NCBI GenBank assembly: GCA_963804995.1
Contig: CAWDSK010000003.1
Coordinates: 256,001-320,000, forward strand
Reading direction: 5' to 3'
Origin: an uncultured Acidobacteriota bacterium
GTDB lineage: Bacteria > Acidobacteriota > Terriglobia > UBA7540
Length of the DNA: 64,000 nucleotides
Shown here in pieces: positions 1 to 10,174 of the stretch (the stretch's first letter is position 1; each line of letters opens with the position of its first letter). The notes under the pieces were generated by a model. It was not told where the DNA came from. It saw nothing but the letters and a program-made list of their open reading frames with translations, and did no database searches. The translations under genes and the position numbers were made by a program.

Positions 1-136
1 GCGTGTGAATCAAGGTTGCGCGCAGCGAGAGCAGCATGAGGAGGGTGTAGATCCCGTTTCCCAGGAAGAAGTATGAAAGGATTACCACGTTGGAGAATAG
101 AACGACGTGGTCAAGGAATATGCGCAAGGTGATCAT
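1..136 (-). CDS. N-terminal part of a membrane protein running off the window, probably a GT2 glycosyltransferase
   Basis: Manual translation MITLRIFLDHVVLFSNVVILSYFFLGNGIYTLLMLLSLRATLIHT; AAGGA RBS overlapping the stop of the HEAT-repeat gene; HEAT-repeat + GT2 is a common gene pair. Confidence 0.55.
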   Translation of the reverse strand, partial: MITLRIFLDHVVLFSNVVILSYFFLGNGIYTLLMLLSLRATLIHT

Positions 137-151
137 GGCCGTGGATTTCCT

Positions 152-1618
152 TTACGCCGCCAGGGCGGGTGGAACATTCGAATTCTTCTGTAGCTCGCGT
201 AGGGCGTCCACCTCCGTAGGCGCACCCTTCACGAGCCGCACTTTGAGGCACGAATCGAGGTGGAAACGTTCTGTAAACTTGCGGGAGATGGGGGGGGCGG
301 CTTTCCGCAGACCTTCGAGAATCCCCACGGGCGCAGCTCCGCTGGCGAATTGCTCGACCACCAGGGCCTCCAGGCCGGAAGCGCCACGGCCGTAGGCTTC
401 GATGAGAGAGAGCATCAAACCCTTGCGCTCGATCACTTCCACGATTTGCTGCCGTATGGCTTGGTCGTCGCAAGTCAGGAAAGACTCATAGAGTTGTTGT
501 TTTCCACTGGGACCAAGCGCAATCAACGTTTGGATTGCGGCCTCGCGGACCCGCCAGTAGGGGTCGTGCAAACAATCCCGAACCGCTGCGAGTAAGAGCG
601 GGGTGGAATGACGTTGGCGAGCCAGCGCCCTCACTGTGTGATGCCGCACGTGCCACAGGGAATCAAAGCACAATCCGTAAAGAACCGTCCCCGCACGAGG
701 GTCGGCAAGATAAGCGATAACCTCCGCTGCCCGAGCCCGCACTACTCCCACCGCATCCTGATAAAGATCGGTCAGCAATAGATAGGCGATTTCCGGTGAG
801 AGAGTCTCTGCCGTAAGCAGGAACTCAGGATCACGGGCGGCTTCGCGCCGGACAAAGAGCCGGAGCAAATCCATCGCCAAGGAGCGGATTCGCGGGTGGG
901 AGTGGCGCAGTGCCGGTAGGAGATCCGGGCTGAACGTCAGGTCGAAATTTGCCAGGGCGGCTTCCAGAGGTCGTAGCGGGGGCTTTGCGGTTAGTCCCAG
1001 CACCACCGACTGAAGCCGTTCCAGAAGCACACGGAAACTCCCGGGCGCGCGGATGGCGGCCAGGGCACGTAGGGCTACAGTCTGTATATCGGAGTGCGGG
1101 TCGTCCAAGGCCTTCACCAGCAGCGGCCAGCTCGGATGATGCCGCAGGATTCCCAGGTTCCGGATGCTTTTGGCGCGTTGCAGCAGGTGGTGCGTGGTTA
1201 CGGAGGGGGCCAACATCGAAACACGACGCAGCAGGGCCCGCCCGCGCGGCAGATCATCACCCGCCGTAAGCCGCTGCTGCCAAAGCTCGACCAGCCCCAA
1301 CTCTGTGCAGATGGCCAATAGGAAACCGAAGTGATGATCCGTAATTTTCTGCTTGGCGAGCAGCGGCTCAACCAGCAACTCCAGGTCGGACAGCGGCAAT
1401 TTCCTCAAGGCGGCGATCCCGTCGACCGGGCGCGTTCCTGAAAGCAACTGGTCCAGCATGGGGCGGTACTGGGTTTGGAGGGCGTGAAGATAGCGGGAGT
1501 AATGGATCTGTTGCCAACGGCGGAAAATCGCCACTGTAACCAACACTAAGGTCCCCATCAGAACAGAGACCAGAATCATGAATGCGGATGCAGTAAAAGG
1601 ATCGGCGATCCTGAACAT
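152..1618 (-). CDS. Membrane-anchored HEAT-repeat protein
   Basis: 488 aa; N-terminal TM helix; repeats such as LVKALDDPHSDIQTVALRAL and CLHDPYWRVREAAIQTL. Confidence 0.85.
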   Translation of the reverse strand: MFRIADPFTASAFMILVSVLMGTLVLVTVAIFRRWQQIHYSRYLHALQTQYRPMLDQLLSGTRPVDGIAALRKLPLSDLELLVEPLLAKQKITDHHFGFLLAICTELGLVELWQQRLTAGDDLPRGRALLRRVSMLAPSVTTHHLLQRAKSIRNLGILRHHPSWPLLVKALDDPHSDIQTVALRALAAIRAPGSFRVLLERLQSVVLGLTAKPPLRPLEAALANFDLTFSPDLLPALRHSHPRIRSLAMDLLRLFVRREAARDPEFLLTAETLSPEIAYLLLTDLYQDAVGVVRARAAEVIAYLADPRAGTVLYGLCFDSLWHVRHHTVRALARQRHSTPLLLAAVRDCLHDPYWRVREAAIQTLIALGPSGKQQLYESFLTCDDQAIRQQIVEVIERKGLMLSLIEAYGRGASGLEALVVEQFASGAAPVGILEGLRKAAPPISRKFTERFHLDSCLKVRLVKGAPTEVDALRELQKNSNVPPALAA

Positions 1619-1988
1619 GGTCGTCTCGTTTCTCCAATGGTGAGTAATCGCGTGGCGAGCAATCCTGTGGGTGACAGGATAATTGAGGGAGTCGAGTGCC
1701 GGCGCACACGGAACTCATCGCAGTAGTAGGGAACCTAGGAGTACCCACCCGAGGTGGGTTGCGAGGAAGAGCGGAGTATAATGTTGGTGACGAGCATAGT
1801 GCAACATTTATTTTCTAATAAACGTCACATTATGCCTCCACTTGCGGTCGAATTGCCCGCATACGAAAACATTTTGACAATTGTATGACAGAGGTCAGGA
1901 TTGGCGTGCTAATTCCGCATCCCGTAGGGTCATTGATCCCGATTTCCAGGGCTTTTATGCAATAGATAAGTGGAGTGCCAGCTACTTA

Positions 1989-3635
1989 CTAGTTGGTGCT
2001 GAGCCCGGACTTTTCCCACCCTGCCAAGCCATCCTGATAAACCTTAACTTGGTTGTAGGGAATCCCCTGCTCCAGCAGGATACGGCCCGCGGCGCGGCTC
2101 GCAGCGCAGATGTCTCCTGACGATCGGCCGCTTTCGTAGAGAATAATAGTGCGATCTTTCGGCAAGGACTTACCGCGCTGCACCATGTCGTCTACAGGAA
2201 CATTGAGCGCTCCTGGTATTTTCCCTGCGGCATAGTCCTTGGCGGGCCGCACGTCCACGAACAGGGGTTTGGGATTGCCGTCCAGAAGCTGGCGCAGTTC
2301 GTCGCTGCTAATCAAGGTAGGCTGCTTTTTGGCGGCCTCAGCCTCACTGCAGGCGCCGCTACTGCTCTGCAGGCCCGTGAAGAATCCGCCCGGCTGCGTC
2401 CCGAACAAGCCTGTCGATGCCACTGGGCCTTGGTCGCCGGCTTTGCGGGGCGTTGGCTTTTCAGCTATCGCCGTCTGTGTCGAGGCAGTCTTCCTTTCCG
2501 ATTGCGTCGGGGTCGTGGGTGGCTGAACGCTCGAGGCGGCGCCATTTCGCTGGCTGGCAAGTTCCTCGTCGATGAGCTGCGACAGTTCGGCGAGCGAGGG
2601 AACGTCCTCAATCCGCTTCTGCCCTACGAAGAACGTGGGAGTGCCAGTGACCCCCAGGGCCTTGCCGTCCACCAGGTCTTGCCGCACCCGTGCCGCTGTC
2701 GATCCACTTATCAGGCACTGGGTGAATTTGGCCTGGTCAAGACCAGCCGCGGCAGCGTCACGCTTCAAGCCTTCGTCGCTCAGGTCAGATTGCTGGGAAT
2801 AAATCATGTCCACCATTTCCCAGAACTTTCCCTGGTCGGCTGCGCATTCGGAAGCCTCTGCGGCCCGCTCCGCCGGAGGATGGATGTGGATCAAAGGGAA
2901 TTGCCTGAACACAAAGCGAGTCTGGCTCGCATACTTGAGGCGAATTTCCCGGGCGACCGCTTCTTCCCGTCCGCAGGCGGGGCATTCAAAGTCTCCAAAC
3001 TCGACTACGGTCACCGGGGACTGGGGATTGCCCGCAATGTGATTCTGCGGCTGGACTAATCGAGTGGCCAGCGCCTCCGTCGGTGCCGGGGGAGCAGGGT
3101 GAGTCGATTTCCCATGCTGAGCAAGCACGTAGAACGCAGGAACCCCGAGGAGAAAGGCCACTAGACCCACTGCCAGGTTGCCGCGTGCCTCGACGAGACG
3201 CGCCTCCGGCGTGGGTTCCGGGGCGGCGTGCAACAGGTTATAAACGGCCAGACCGAACAGCGCGGTCATTACCAGGCCCGACATTACGCACCAAGCGCAA
3301 AAAGCATGGATCACAAAACCTTGCAGGTATTCGAGGTATAAGGAAAAGAGGAATCCCACTCCGGTCAGGCCCGCCAGAGAGTACCGAATGCTCCTGGCCA
3401 GCGAGGCGGTGACCAGCGGCTCCGCGAAGATCAGAATAACCAATGTCAGGTAGCCGGCCACCCCGAACACCGGCATGGGCACGCCCCTCAGGCTGGAGTA
3501 AGCGCTGAGGCGGACCGCGTCACACCCCGTACCCAGACAGAGCATGGGGCGAGAGGGTGAGGTGTAGATCCAGAGCAGGTAAAGCGAATCGAATAACCCC
3601 AGTAAGGCGAGACCCAACGAGATTGGTTTTCGCAT
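1989..3635 (-). CDS. VKOR - DsbA/thioredoxin - rhodanese triple fusion
   Basis: VKOR cysteines CLGTGC and CAWC; DsbA motif EFGDFECPAC and GVTGTPTFF; rhodanese-like DVRPAKDYAAGKIPGALNVP and YQDGLAGW. Confidence 0.85.
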   Translation of the reverse strand: MRKPISLGLALLGLFDSLYLLWIYTSPSRPMLCLGTGCDAVRLSAYSSLRGVPMPVFGVAGYLTLVILIFAEPLVTASLARSIRYSLAGLTGVGFLFSLYLEYLQGFVIHAFCAWCVMSGLVMTALFGLAVYNLLHAAPEPTPEARLVEARGNLAVGLVAFLLGVPAFYVLAQHGKSTHPAPPAPTEALATRLVQPQNHIAGNPQSPVTVVEFGDFECPACGREEAVAREIRLKYASQTRFVFRQFPLIHIHPPAERAAEASECAADQGKFWEMVDMIYSQQSDLSDEGLKRDAAAAGLDQAKFTQCLISGSTAARVRQDLVDGKALGVTGTPTFFVGQKRIEDVPSLAELSQLIDEELASQRNGAASSVQPPTTPTQSERKTASTQTAIAEKPTPRKAGDQGPVASTGLFGTQPGGFFTGLQSSSGACSEAEAAKKQPTLISSDELRQLLDGNPKPLFVDVRPAKDYAAGKIPGALNVPVDDMVQRGKSLPKDRTIILYESGRSSGDICAASRAAGRILLEQGIPYNQVKVYQDGLAGWEKSGLSTN

Positions 3636-3689
3636 GGTTCTTTATTCTACAACTATTTGAGAAGCGCCCGCACGGTGGCGGGTTGCATC

Positions 3690-3821
3690 TTAGGTGGTGG
3701 AAACTCCGAGACCCACCTCGGGAGAGTCGCGATCCCCAATGCCTGCTTCGAAGAATTCGCGGGTCTGGAAACTAAAAAGGCTCGCCACGAGGTTGGAAGG
3801 AAACTGCGCGATCCGGACATT
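3690..3821 (-). pseudogene. lemA: C-terminal remnant of a LemA-family gene
   Basis: NVRIAQFPSNLVASLFSFQTREFFEA...DRDSPEV resembles the LemA C-terminus; upstream part absent, replaced by a short repeat. Confidence 0.6.
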
Positions 3822-3883
3822 TGTCTTCAAACCTCTGCGTCTCCGCGTCTCGGCGGTGAGAAATCCCGGCTTACGCAAAGGCC

Positions 3884-4366
3884 CTACGCGCCGCCGGTCT
3901 CCGGTGTTTCCTCGATCGAATCTCCCACGCGGATGACACCTTCCTTAACGACTTCCGTGCGCAGGCCGGCCCGGTGCATCAAGGCCGAACTCACACCCGG
4001 TTGGGTCGCCGCCTCCAGGTGCTTACAGGGTTCGCAGAGGCGCATGCCCCGGAGCACCGCTTGGCCAATGCGGAACTCGCGTCCCACCAGGTGATTCAGC
4101 GGCACGCCACGCGTGACCACGTTGCGGCGGGAGGCGCCGGGAGCAAGTTCGATGCCCGACTCGACCTTTATGGCTTCCAGGGCCTCGCTCTCAATCAGGG
4201 TGACGTGCCGGCCGTTGCGGGGGTCGGGAGACCAGGTGCCGCAGCCACGGAAGTACCGGTCACCCTCCAGCCCCTTCCCCAAAACGGCGCGGACTTCCTC
4301 GACCGGCTGCATCGGCTCCTTCGCCGACGGCGCAATGTAAATGGAGAGCACAGTTCCTGTCCTCAT
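3884..4366 (-). CDS. MOSC-domain protein
   Basis: GLEGDRY, RRNVVTRG, CEPC and RAGLRTEVVKEGVIRVGD motifs; GAGGAG RBS. Confidence 0.9.
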   Translation of the reverse strand: MRTGTVLSIYIAPSAKEPMQPVEEVRAVLGKGLEGDRYFRGCGTWSPDPRNGRHVTLIESEALEAIKVESGIELAPGASRRNVVTRGVPLNHLVGREFRIGQAVLRGMRLCEPCKHLEAATQPGVSSALMHRAGLRTEVVKEGVIRVGDSIEETPETGGA

Positions 4367-4399
4367 AAGGCAGACTCCTCACCGTAGGTATTTCCTATC

Positions 4400-4608
4400 T
4401 AGTGTGGTGTCCCGAGTTAGATTTGACAATGGGTAGAACCCCCTCACCCGTCTGGCCTCGGCTGATGAGAACGCCTCGGCCAGCCACCCTCTCCCCCAAA
4501 GGGGCGAGGGCAAGAAAATTAACTCTCCCCTCGCCCCTTTGGGGGAGAGGGGCTGGGGGGTGAGGGGGTCGGACTGCCTTGTCAAATGTTTACCGGGACA
4601 TCACACTA
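4400..4608. mobile_element. MITE-like element with about 30-bp TA-ended inverted repeats enclosing a REP pair
   Basis: Left TAGTGTGGTGTCCCGAGTTAGATTTGACAA versus reverse complement of right end TAGTGTGATGTCCCGGTAAACATTTGACAA. Confidence 0.65.
4439..4568. repeat. REP-like family A (CCCCTCACCCG...CACCCTCTCCCCCAAAGGGGCGAGGG), inverted pair
   Basis: Related copies at 15024-15096, 17977-18044 (reverse) and a degenerate copy at about 9930-9992. Confidence 0.8.
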
Positions 4609-5581
4609 CGCCTCAAACAACGACTCCACAAAATCCCGCGGGTTAAAGGGCAACAGATCGTCCATTTTTTCGCCGATGCCCACAAACTGAATGGGCAAGC
4701 CGAGTTCGCGCGCGATGGCAATCACCACGCCTCCCTTGGCCGTGCCGTCGAGCTTGGTCAGAATGATTCCCGTGGCGCCGCCGTGCTCGACAAACTGCCG
4801 CGCCTGCGCCAAGCCATTCTGGCCAGTGGTCGCATCGATGACCAGCAAAACTTCGTGGGGCGCGTTGGGAATTTCGCGCGCGGCAATGCGGCACATCTTC
4901 TTCGAGCTCCGACATCAAGTTGAATTTGGTGTGCAGCCGCCCTGCCGTGTCAACGATCACCAGATCAATATGGCGGCTCTTGGCGGCAGCCAGCGCGTCA
5001 TAGAGCACCGCTGCGGGATCGGCGCCGGACTTCTGCTTGATCATTTCGATGCCCAGCCGCCCCGCCCAGATCTCAAGCTGTTCATTAGCCGCGGCGCGGA
5101 AGGTGTCAGCAGCGCAGAGCAGTGGCCGCCGACCCTGCTGAAGATAAAAATTCGCCAGCTTGGCAATGCTAGTGGTTTTTCCCACGCCGTTCACGCCTAC
5201 CACAAAGATGACCGCCGGCATGCCCTCCGGAGGCTGCTTGGGTTTGGGGGCAACGCCTTGCCCTGAGCCAGGGCTTTCAAGAATCGCCAGGATGACCTCT
5301 TCGACCGCCGGGCGCAGTTGGCGAGTTTCCGTCAGCCTGCGCTGGCTAACCTGTTGTTTCAGGCGGCTCAGGATTTCCTGCGTCGTCTTCATACCCAAAT
5401 CGGCAACGATGAGAGTAGCTTCCAGGTCATTGAGGACCGATTCGTCCAGCACCACCTTGCTCTCAACAATCTCCTCGATGCGCTCCACAAGCTGGGCTTT
5501 CGTCGAGGCCACGGCCTGCTTCAGCCGCTCGAAGATGCCCGGCTTCTTCTCCTTCTCGTCGGAACCGAACAGGGAAACCAT
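4606..5581 (-). CDS. ftsY: Signal recognition particle receptor FtsY, with an apparent +1 frameshift near 4900
   Basis: [16 protein letters not shown] and DTAGRLH in ORF 4643-5581; continuation [17 protein letters not shown] and GIGEKMDDL in ORF 4606-4896. Confidence 0.95.
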
Positions 5582-5696
5582 ACCCGCCCATTCTAGCTTG
5601 AACTCGCAAAACCTGGGGGATGAAATCCTGCGCGCGGGTAATGGGTCAGTTTGGACTGCGGTGTACAGAGCGCCATAAGTGTTTGCGCATTCGGCT

Positions 5697-5844
5697 GTAG
5701 CGGCGCTCTATGAGCGCCGACCGGCGGTCATAGACCGCCGGTACAATTTATGGCGCTGTGTATAGCAGCAGCTACCGCCTCCCGCCTTGGGTTCATACGG
5801 CCAATGCGCAACTTGCGGAGGAAGAAAAGCGGTAGCTGCTGCTA
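5697..5844. repeat. Two GTAG-type REP doublets
   Basis: GTAGCGGCGCTC-TAT-GAGCGCCG paired with CGGCGGTCATAGACCGCCGGTAC (same family at 51489-51555); 16-bp inverted repeat TAGCAGCAGCTACCGC (5763-5778) / GCGGTAGCTGCTGCTA (5829-5844). Confidence 0.75.
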
Positions 5845-6095
5845 CCGCAGTGTCTTGGGCGCACCAACATTCAGGAGAGCGGGCCGCGGAGCCGTGTCTC
5901 AGACTCCCGCCACCCGGATGGAGATTTCTGAGAGAGTAAACCCCTTTACCAAGCAGTCCCCCCCCCATCGTGGCCTCGTATTTTCTTTGTCAGCAGTGTT
6001 ACAATAAAATTACCGAAACGTTTGGGCTACGGTACGATCAAAAAAAGCAACGCCCTGAGAACCTCTCCGTGCAGGGCGCCTTGTGGGGGGGAAAT

Positions 6096-6959
6096 ATGGA
6101 GCGAAGCCACCTCATTTCCGGCACACCCAAGACTGTGCTTCCCATCCGTGTCCGAGGTGTTTCGACTGCCAACCGCTTCTTCGATGAGCAAGCCGAAACG
6201 AGTCGTGTGACCCAGGAATTCATCGTGGCTCGCATCCACAACCTCGTTGACCTGGATGTCGAAATCCACATCACGAACCTGAAGAACGAGCTCGCGGGAA
6301 ATTTTCGAGTGGTCTGGATAAACACCCGGGGCGAGAATGGCGCCTATCCCGTCGGACTGGAATTGCTCGAGTCGGACGGTGAGATTTGGGGAGCGGATGC
6401 AACGCCGGAAAGCCAGGGGGCCGACAGTGCTTCGACACCCATTGAACTGGAATGCAAAAGGTGCCATGAAAGGGCTTTTACTCCCCTCCCCGAGGCGGAA
6501 AACGAGGCAGTGGGTGATGGCTTCATGGTCGCGCGCCCTTGCGACACTTGCAAATCCACAACCTATTGGCTTGTCGTTGTGGAAGCGCCCACGTCCGCGG
6601 AGCCGGCCACGGCATCGTCTTCCGCTTCCGCCGAGGAGATGCCATGGTCACCCGATGATAAACGGGCCAAGGGGCGGGCTCCGATCAAAATGTTGATTCA
6701 AGTAATCCGCCAGAAGTACGAGGCCAGAATAACGGACCTGAGTGAGACCCTCAACGTTTCTCGCACTGGGGTGTACTTCCTTTCGCATAAGGAATACGAA
6801 GTCGGAGAGTGGGTGGAAATCATCGTACCCTACCACCCTGACAGTGTCGCCATCCCGGTGCCCGCCCGAGTGGTCCGCAAAGACCACCGCAACGATACCT
6901 ACAAGAAAGGGATCGCCCTGCAACTGACGGCCGCCAGCCAAATCTCGGCCTCCCCTTGA
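6096..6959 (+). CDS. PilZ-domain protein (two PilZ-like domains around a CxxC...CxxC zinc ribbon)
   Basis: DKRAKGR (RxxxR) and NVSRTG (NxSxxG) PilZ motifs; CKRC and CDTC. Confidence 0.8.
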   Translation: MERSHLISGTPKTVLPIRVRGVSTANRFFDEQAETSRVTQEFIVARIHNLVDLDVEIHITNLKNELAGNFRVVWINTRGENGAYPVGLELLESDGEIWGADATPESQGADSASTPIELECKRCHERAFTPLPEAENEAVGDGFMVARPCDTCKSTTYWLVVVEAPTSAEPATASSSASAEEMPWSPDDKRAKGRAPIKMLIQVIRQKYEARITDLSETLNVSRTGVYFLSHKEYEVGEWVEIIVPYHPDSVAIPVPARVVRKDHRNDTYKKGIALQLTAASQISASP

Positions 6960-7116
6960 ACGATTTTAAGAGTGGTCCGCCTTGTGAATCCCGGCAGGTC
7001 TCCGTGCGGATTGGCCTTTGCCGCGATGCCTGCCTTCTCACCGCGGAGGTCCAGAGACAGAGAGAAAAGACGCTAGGTTCCTAAGTCCTTTTTGCGGCGA
7101 CTCTTCTCGACATTTG

Positions 7117-9591
7117 CTACTCTGCGCGCAAGGACGTCATCGGGTCCACCTTGGTGGCGCGGCGTGCGGGCACATAGCTGGCCACCAGTGCGACCAGGAC
7201 TAGAGCCAAGGCCGCCCAGGCGAACACGCTCGGCTCCGCGAGACTCAAGGGAAGATTGAGCTTGCTTGACACCAGGCGGGCGCCCGCCATCGCGGCGGCC
7301 ACTCCGGCCACCAAGCCCGGGAGCGCCAGCACCAACCCTTCCCACAACACCCGACCCAGGACTCCGCGCCGCTGCGCGCCCAACGCCAAGCGGATCCCGA
7401 ACTCGTGAGTGCGTTCGTTAACCGCGTACGCCATGACGCTGTACAGTCCGACCGCCGCCAACGCCAGCGCCAGCATGCCAAGGACAGAAAGCAACCCCGC
7501 CACAATCCGCTCAGCGAACAAGCCCCCTTGCGTGTACTCGCTGAGCGGCGCCTCGTTGTACAGTCCGCTGGCCAGGGCCAGCGCTGACACTTCACGCCGA
7601 ACCGCTGCGCGCGCGCCCTCCAGGTCGCCGCTAGTCCGGATGTAGAAGAAGGGGGTATAGCCCGAATAATAGATCTGCCGGAACGGTCCGTAAAAGCAAG
7701 GCACGGGCGCCTCCGGCGGGTTGCGGTACTTGCTGTCTTTAACCATCCCCACCACCGTCGACCAGGTATCTGAAACACGCACCCTGCGGCCGATGGGGTC
7801 TTTCCCGGCGAAGTACTTCTTAGCAAAGGTCTGGTTGATGATGATCACGGGGAGAGTGTTTCTGTCGTCCTGCTCGGAGAAGTCGCGGCCCGCCAGCAAG
7901 GGAATGTGCATCAAACTGAAGTACCCGGGCGCCACGATGGCGCGCGGGAGAGAGAGCACCCCGCCCCGATCCTGTAAGAAGCCTTCCACCTCCACGCGGT
8001 CGGTCCCCATTCCATAAATCGAAAGCGGAACCGAGTCCGCGTAGGTCACCTGCTGAATGCCCGGAGTCGCTTCCAAACGCAGGCGCAGATTGCGGCAGAA
8101 CTGCTTTTCTTGATTCAACGAGTAGCCGTTGATGGAGAGGTAGAAGTGCGCCACCAAGACGTCCCGCGAGTCGAAACCCGGATTAAGTGTGGCCAACTTC
8201 TGGAAGCTCCGGACCGCCAGACCAGCTCCGCAGAGCGCCAGCGCCGCGAACGCTACTTCCAGCACCACGAGCACCCCCCGAGCGCGGTGTGAGCGGACCC
8301 CGGAAGTTCCGCTGCGCCCTCCTTCTTTCAGCGTCGCGATGAGGTCCACGCGACTGATGGAGAAAGCCGGCAGGAGGGTTGTGAGCACGGCCGTACTGAG
8401 AGAGATGAGTACCGTAACGGTTAGGACGTTGGCGTTTGGCTGCACGTGCAACAGCGGTTCAAGGGCAGCGCGGACGGAGGGTTCCAAAGACGGGAGCACG
8501 CGGTAAAGTGATTCTCCCAACCAGCCCGCGAGCAATGCGCCGAAGATGGCCCCCACGCCAGCTAACAGCAGGACCTCCACCAGCAATTGCTGCAGGACCC
8601 TTCCCCGGCTGGCGCCCATGGCCATGCGCACCCCAAATTCCTTCTGCCGGGAAACCGCGCGCGCCATCAACAGGTTCGCCACATTGGCGCAGACGATCAA
8701 CAGCACCAGAACGCACACCACCATGAGGAGGTACAGCGGCTCGCGCAAAGTCGCTTGCAGCCCGTACGACGCCTGCCACAGGGAAACCATCCGGGCGCTG
8801 ATGCCCTTGTGCGTATCCGGGTGATCGGCGGCGATTCGGGCCGCTATGAGCCGGGCTTCTTCCTTTGCTTGCTCGATCGTGACGCCGGGTTTCAGGCGCA
8901 CGATAACATTGAGGAACCTCGCGTTCCAGTCGGCGGCGGCCCAGGTATTCAGGGCGCCCATCTCCAGGATCATGCTGAGCGGGACCCAGACGTCGAAGGC
9001 GGCCCCGCCGAACGTGCCACGGAAATCAGGCGGGGTGACGCCGACAATGGTGAGCGGGTGGCCGTTGATACGCACCGCGCGCCCTACGATGCCCGGATCC
9101 GCACCGAATTGGGTTGTCCACAGCCGATGACTGATGACCGCGATGGGATAGGCACCCGGTGCGTCCCGATCCTCTTCGGGCAGAAACAGGCGGCCCCGGA
9201 ATGGCTTGACCCCGAGCACCGTAAAGAAGTTGGCCGAGACCACTTCCCCCAAGGCGCGCCCGGGATGATCGGACGAACCGATGGTAAAAAAGGAAGTGTG
9301 CGAGGCGACTACGCCTGAGGCCACCGTCAGGCCCTGCTGGAAAGCGCGGAAGTCGGGATGGGTGCAATTGCCCAGACGGCCTCCGTCCGGGGCAATGCCT
9401 TCCAACGCCACCAACTCATGCGCACTTCGGACGCCCGTGATTGGCCGCAGCAAGACAGTGTCAATCCAACTGAATACCGTCGTGCTCGCGGCGATCCCCA
9501 ATCCGAGCGTGACCACGGCCACGACCGTGAAACCTGGGGTGTTGCGCAGAACTCGCCAGGCAAAACGCAGATCCCTCAGAATGTTAGCCAT
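7117..9591 (-). CDS. ADOP-type duplicated ABC permease (MacB/FtsX-like)
   Basis: RDLRFAWRVLRNTPGFT, LLIVCANVANLL, RTHEFGIRLALGA and PARRATKVDPMTSLRAE signatures. Confidence 0.92.
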   Translation of the reverse strand: MANILRDLRFAWRVLRNTPGFTVVAVVTLGLGIAASTTVFSWIDTVLLRPITGVRSAHELVALEGIAPDGGRLGNCTHPDFRAFQQGLTVASGVVASHTSFFTIGSSDHPGRALGEVVSANFFTVLGVKPFRGRLFLPEEDRDAPGAYPIAVISHRLWTTQFGADPGIVGRAVRINGHPLTIVGVTPPDFRGTFGGAAFDVWVPLSMILEMGALNTWAAADWNARFLNVIVRLKPGVTIEQAKEEARLIAARIAADHPDTHKGISARMVSLWQASYGLQATLREPLYLLMVVCVLVLLIVCANVANLLMARAVSRQKEFGVRMAMGASRGRVLQQLLVEVLLLAGVGAIFGALLAGWLGESLYRVLPSLEPSVRAALEPLLHVQPNANVLTVTVLISLSTAVLTTLLPAFSISRVDLIATLKEGGRSGTSGVRSHRARGVLVVLEVAFAALALCGAGLAVRSFQKLATLNPGFDSRDVLVAHFYLSINGYSLNQEKQFCRNLRLRLEATPGIQQVTYADSVPLSIYGMGTDRVEVEGFLQDRGGVLSLPRAIVAPGYFSLMHIPLLAGRDFSEQDDRNTLPVIIINQTFAKKYFAGKDPIGRRVRVSDTWSTVVGMVKDSKYRNPPEAPVPCFYGPFRQIYYSGYTPFFYIRTSGDLEGARAAVRREVSALALASGLYNEAPLSEYTQGGLFAERIVAGLLSVLGMLALALAAVGLYSVMAYAVNERTHEFGIRLALGAQRRGVLGRVLWEGLVLALPGLVAGVAAAMAGARLVSSKLNLPLSLAEPSVFAWAALALVLVALVASYVPARRATKVDPMTSLRAE

Positions 9592-10174
9592 GTCGTCCTA
9601 CTCGGGGCAATGCGAGGGAACTCGCATGCCAGGGGTTAATCGCTTTTTGGCCCGGAACCCGATGGCAGCGACCCTGTCGGGTCAAGCCCAAGCCCAGAAA
9701 AGGCTCCTTGCGCCGGGGGTGGGCAAAAGACTCACGTCGGATGTCCATCTGCTCCTCCGCCAATTGGCCAGCAAAAGAGTAGCCATTGGCATCATGCTTG
9801 TAACTAGTTGCAGTTAAAGGGAGTTGGCAGTGCTTTCAGACCATCTTTTCTCCTCAAGGTGTTCGATTATGGGAATTTACCATGCCAATAGTGAACAGCA
9901 TGAAAGGGATCTTTGCCCTTCGTCAACCACCTTCTCCTGCTCCGGTGGAAGAGGGTGGACAGCGACCGGCGTTCCCATCAGCCGGCGCGGGAAAAGGCCC
10001 CCACGTTTTGCAGGGTGGGGGGGGGCACTTTGCCACTGGCCGAGCGGACCCGCTCCCTCTGACGGAAGCGGCGGTTCCCTCCCACATTTGGTTACGGCCC
10101 CCGCCGCGCTGCGTTGATCAAGAGGCCGGAGTTATTTCTGGGAAAGTCAAATGCGTGCAACGAGGTCAGTAATC

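Noticed and set aside
2100..2150. Selenocysteine in the rhodanese active site
   Set aside because: The codon is GAA (Glu), not TGA.
4606..5581. ftsY as a real pseudogene or programmed frameshift
   Set aside because: Essential gene, both halves intact, no slippery motif; matches three other +1 events best explained as errors.
9788..9803. Sigma54 promoter TGGCATCATGCTTGTA
   Set aside because: Lacks the conserved -12 GC and has no downstream gene on that strand.
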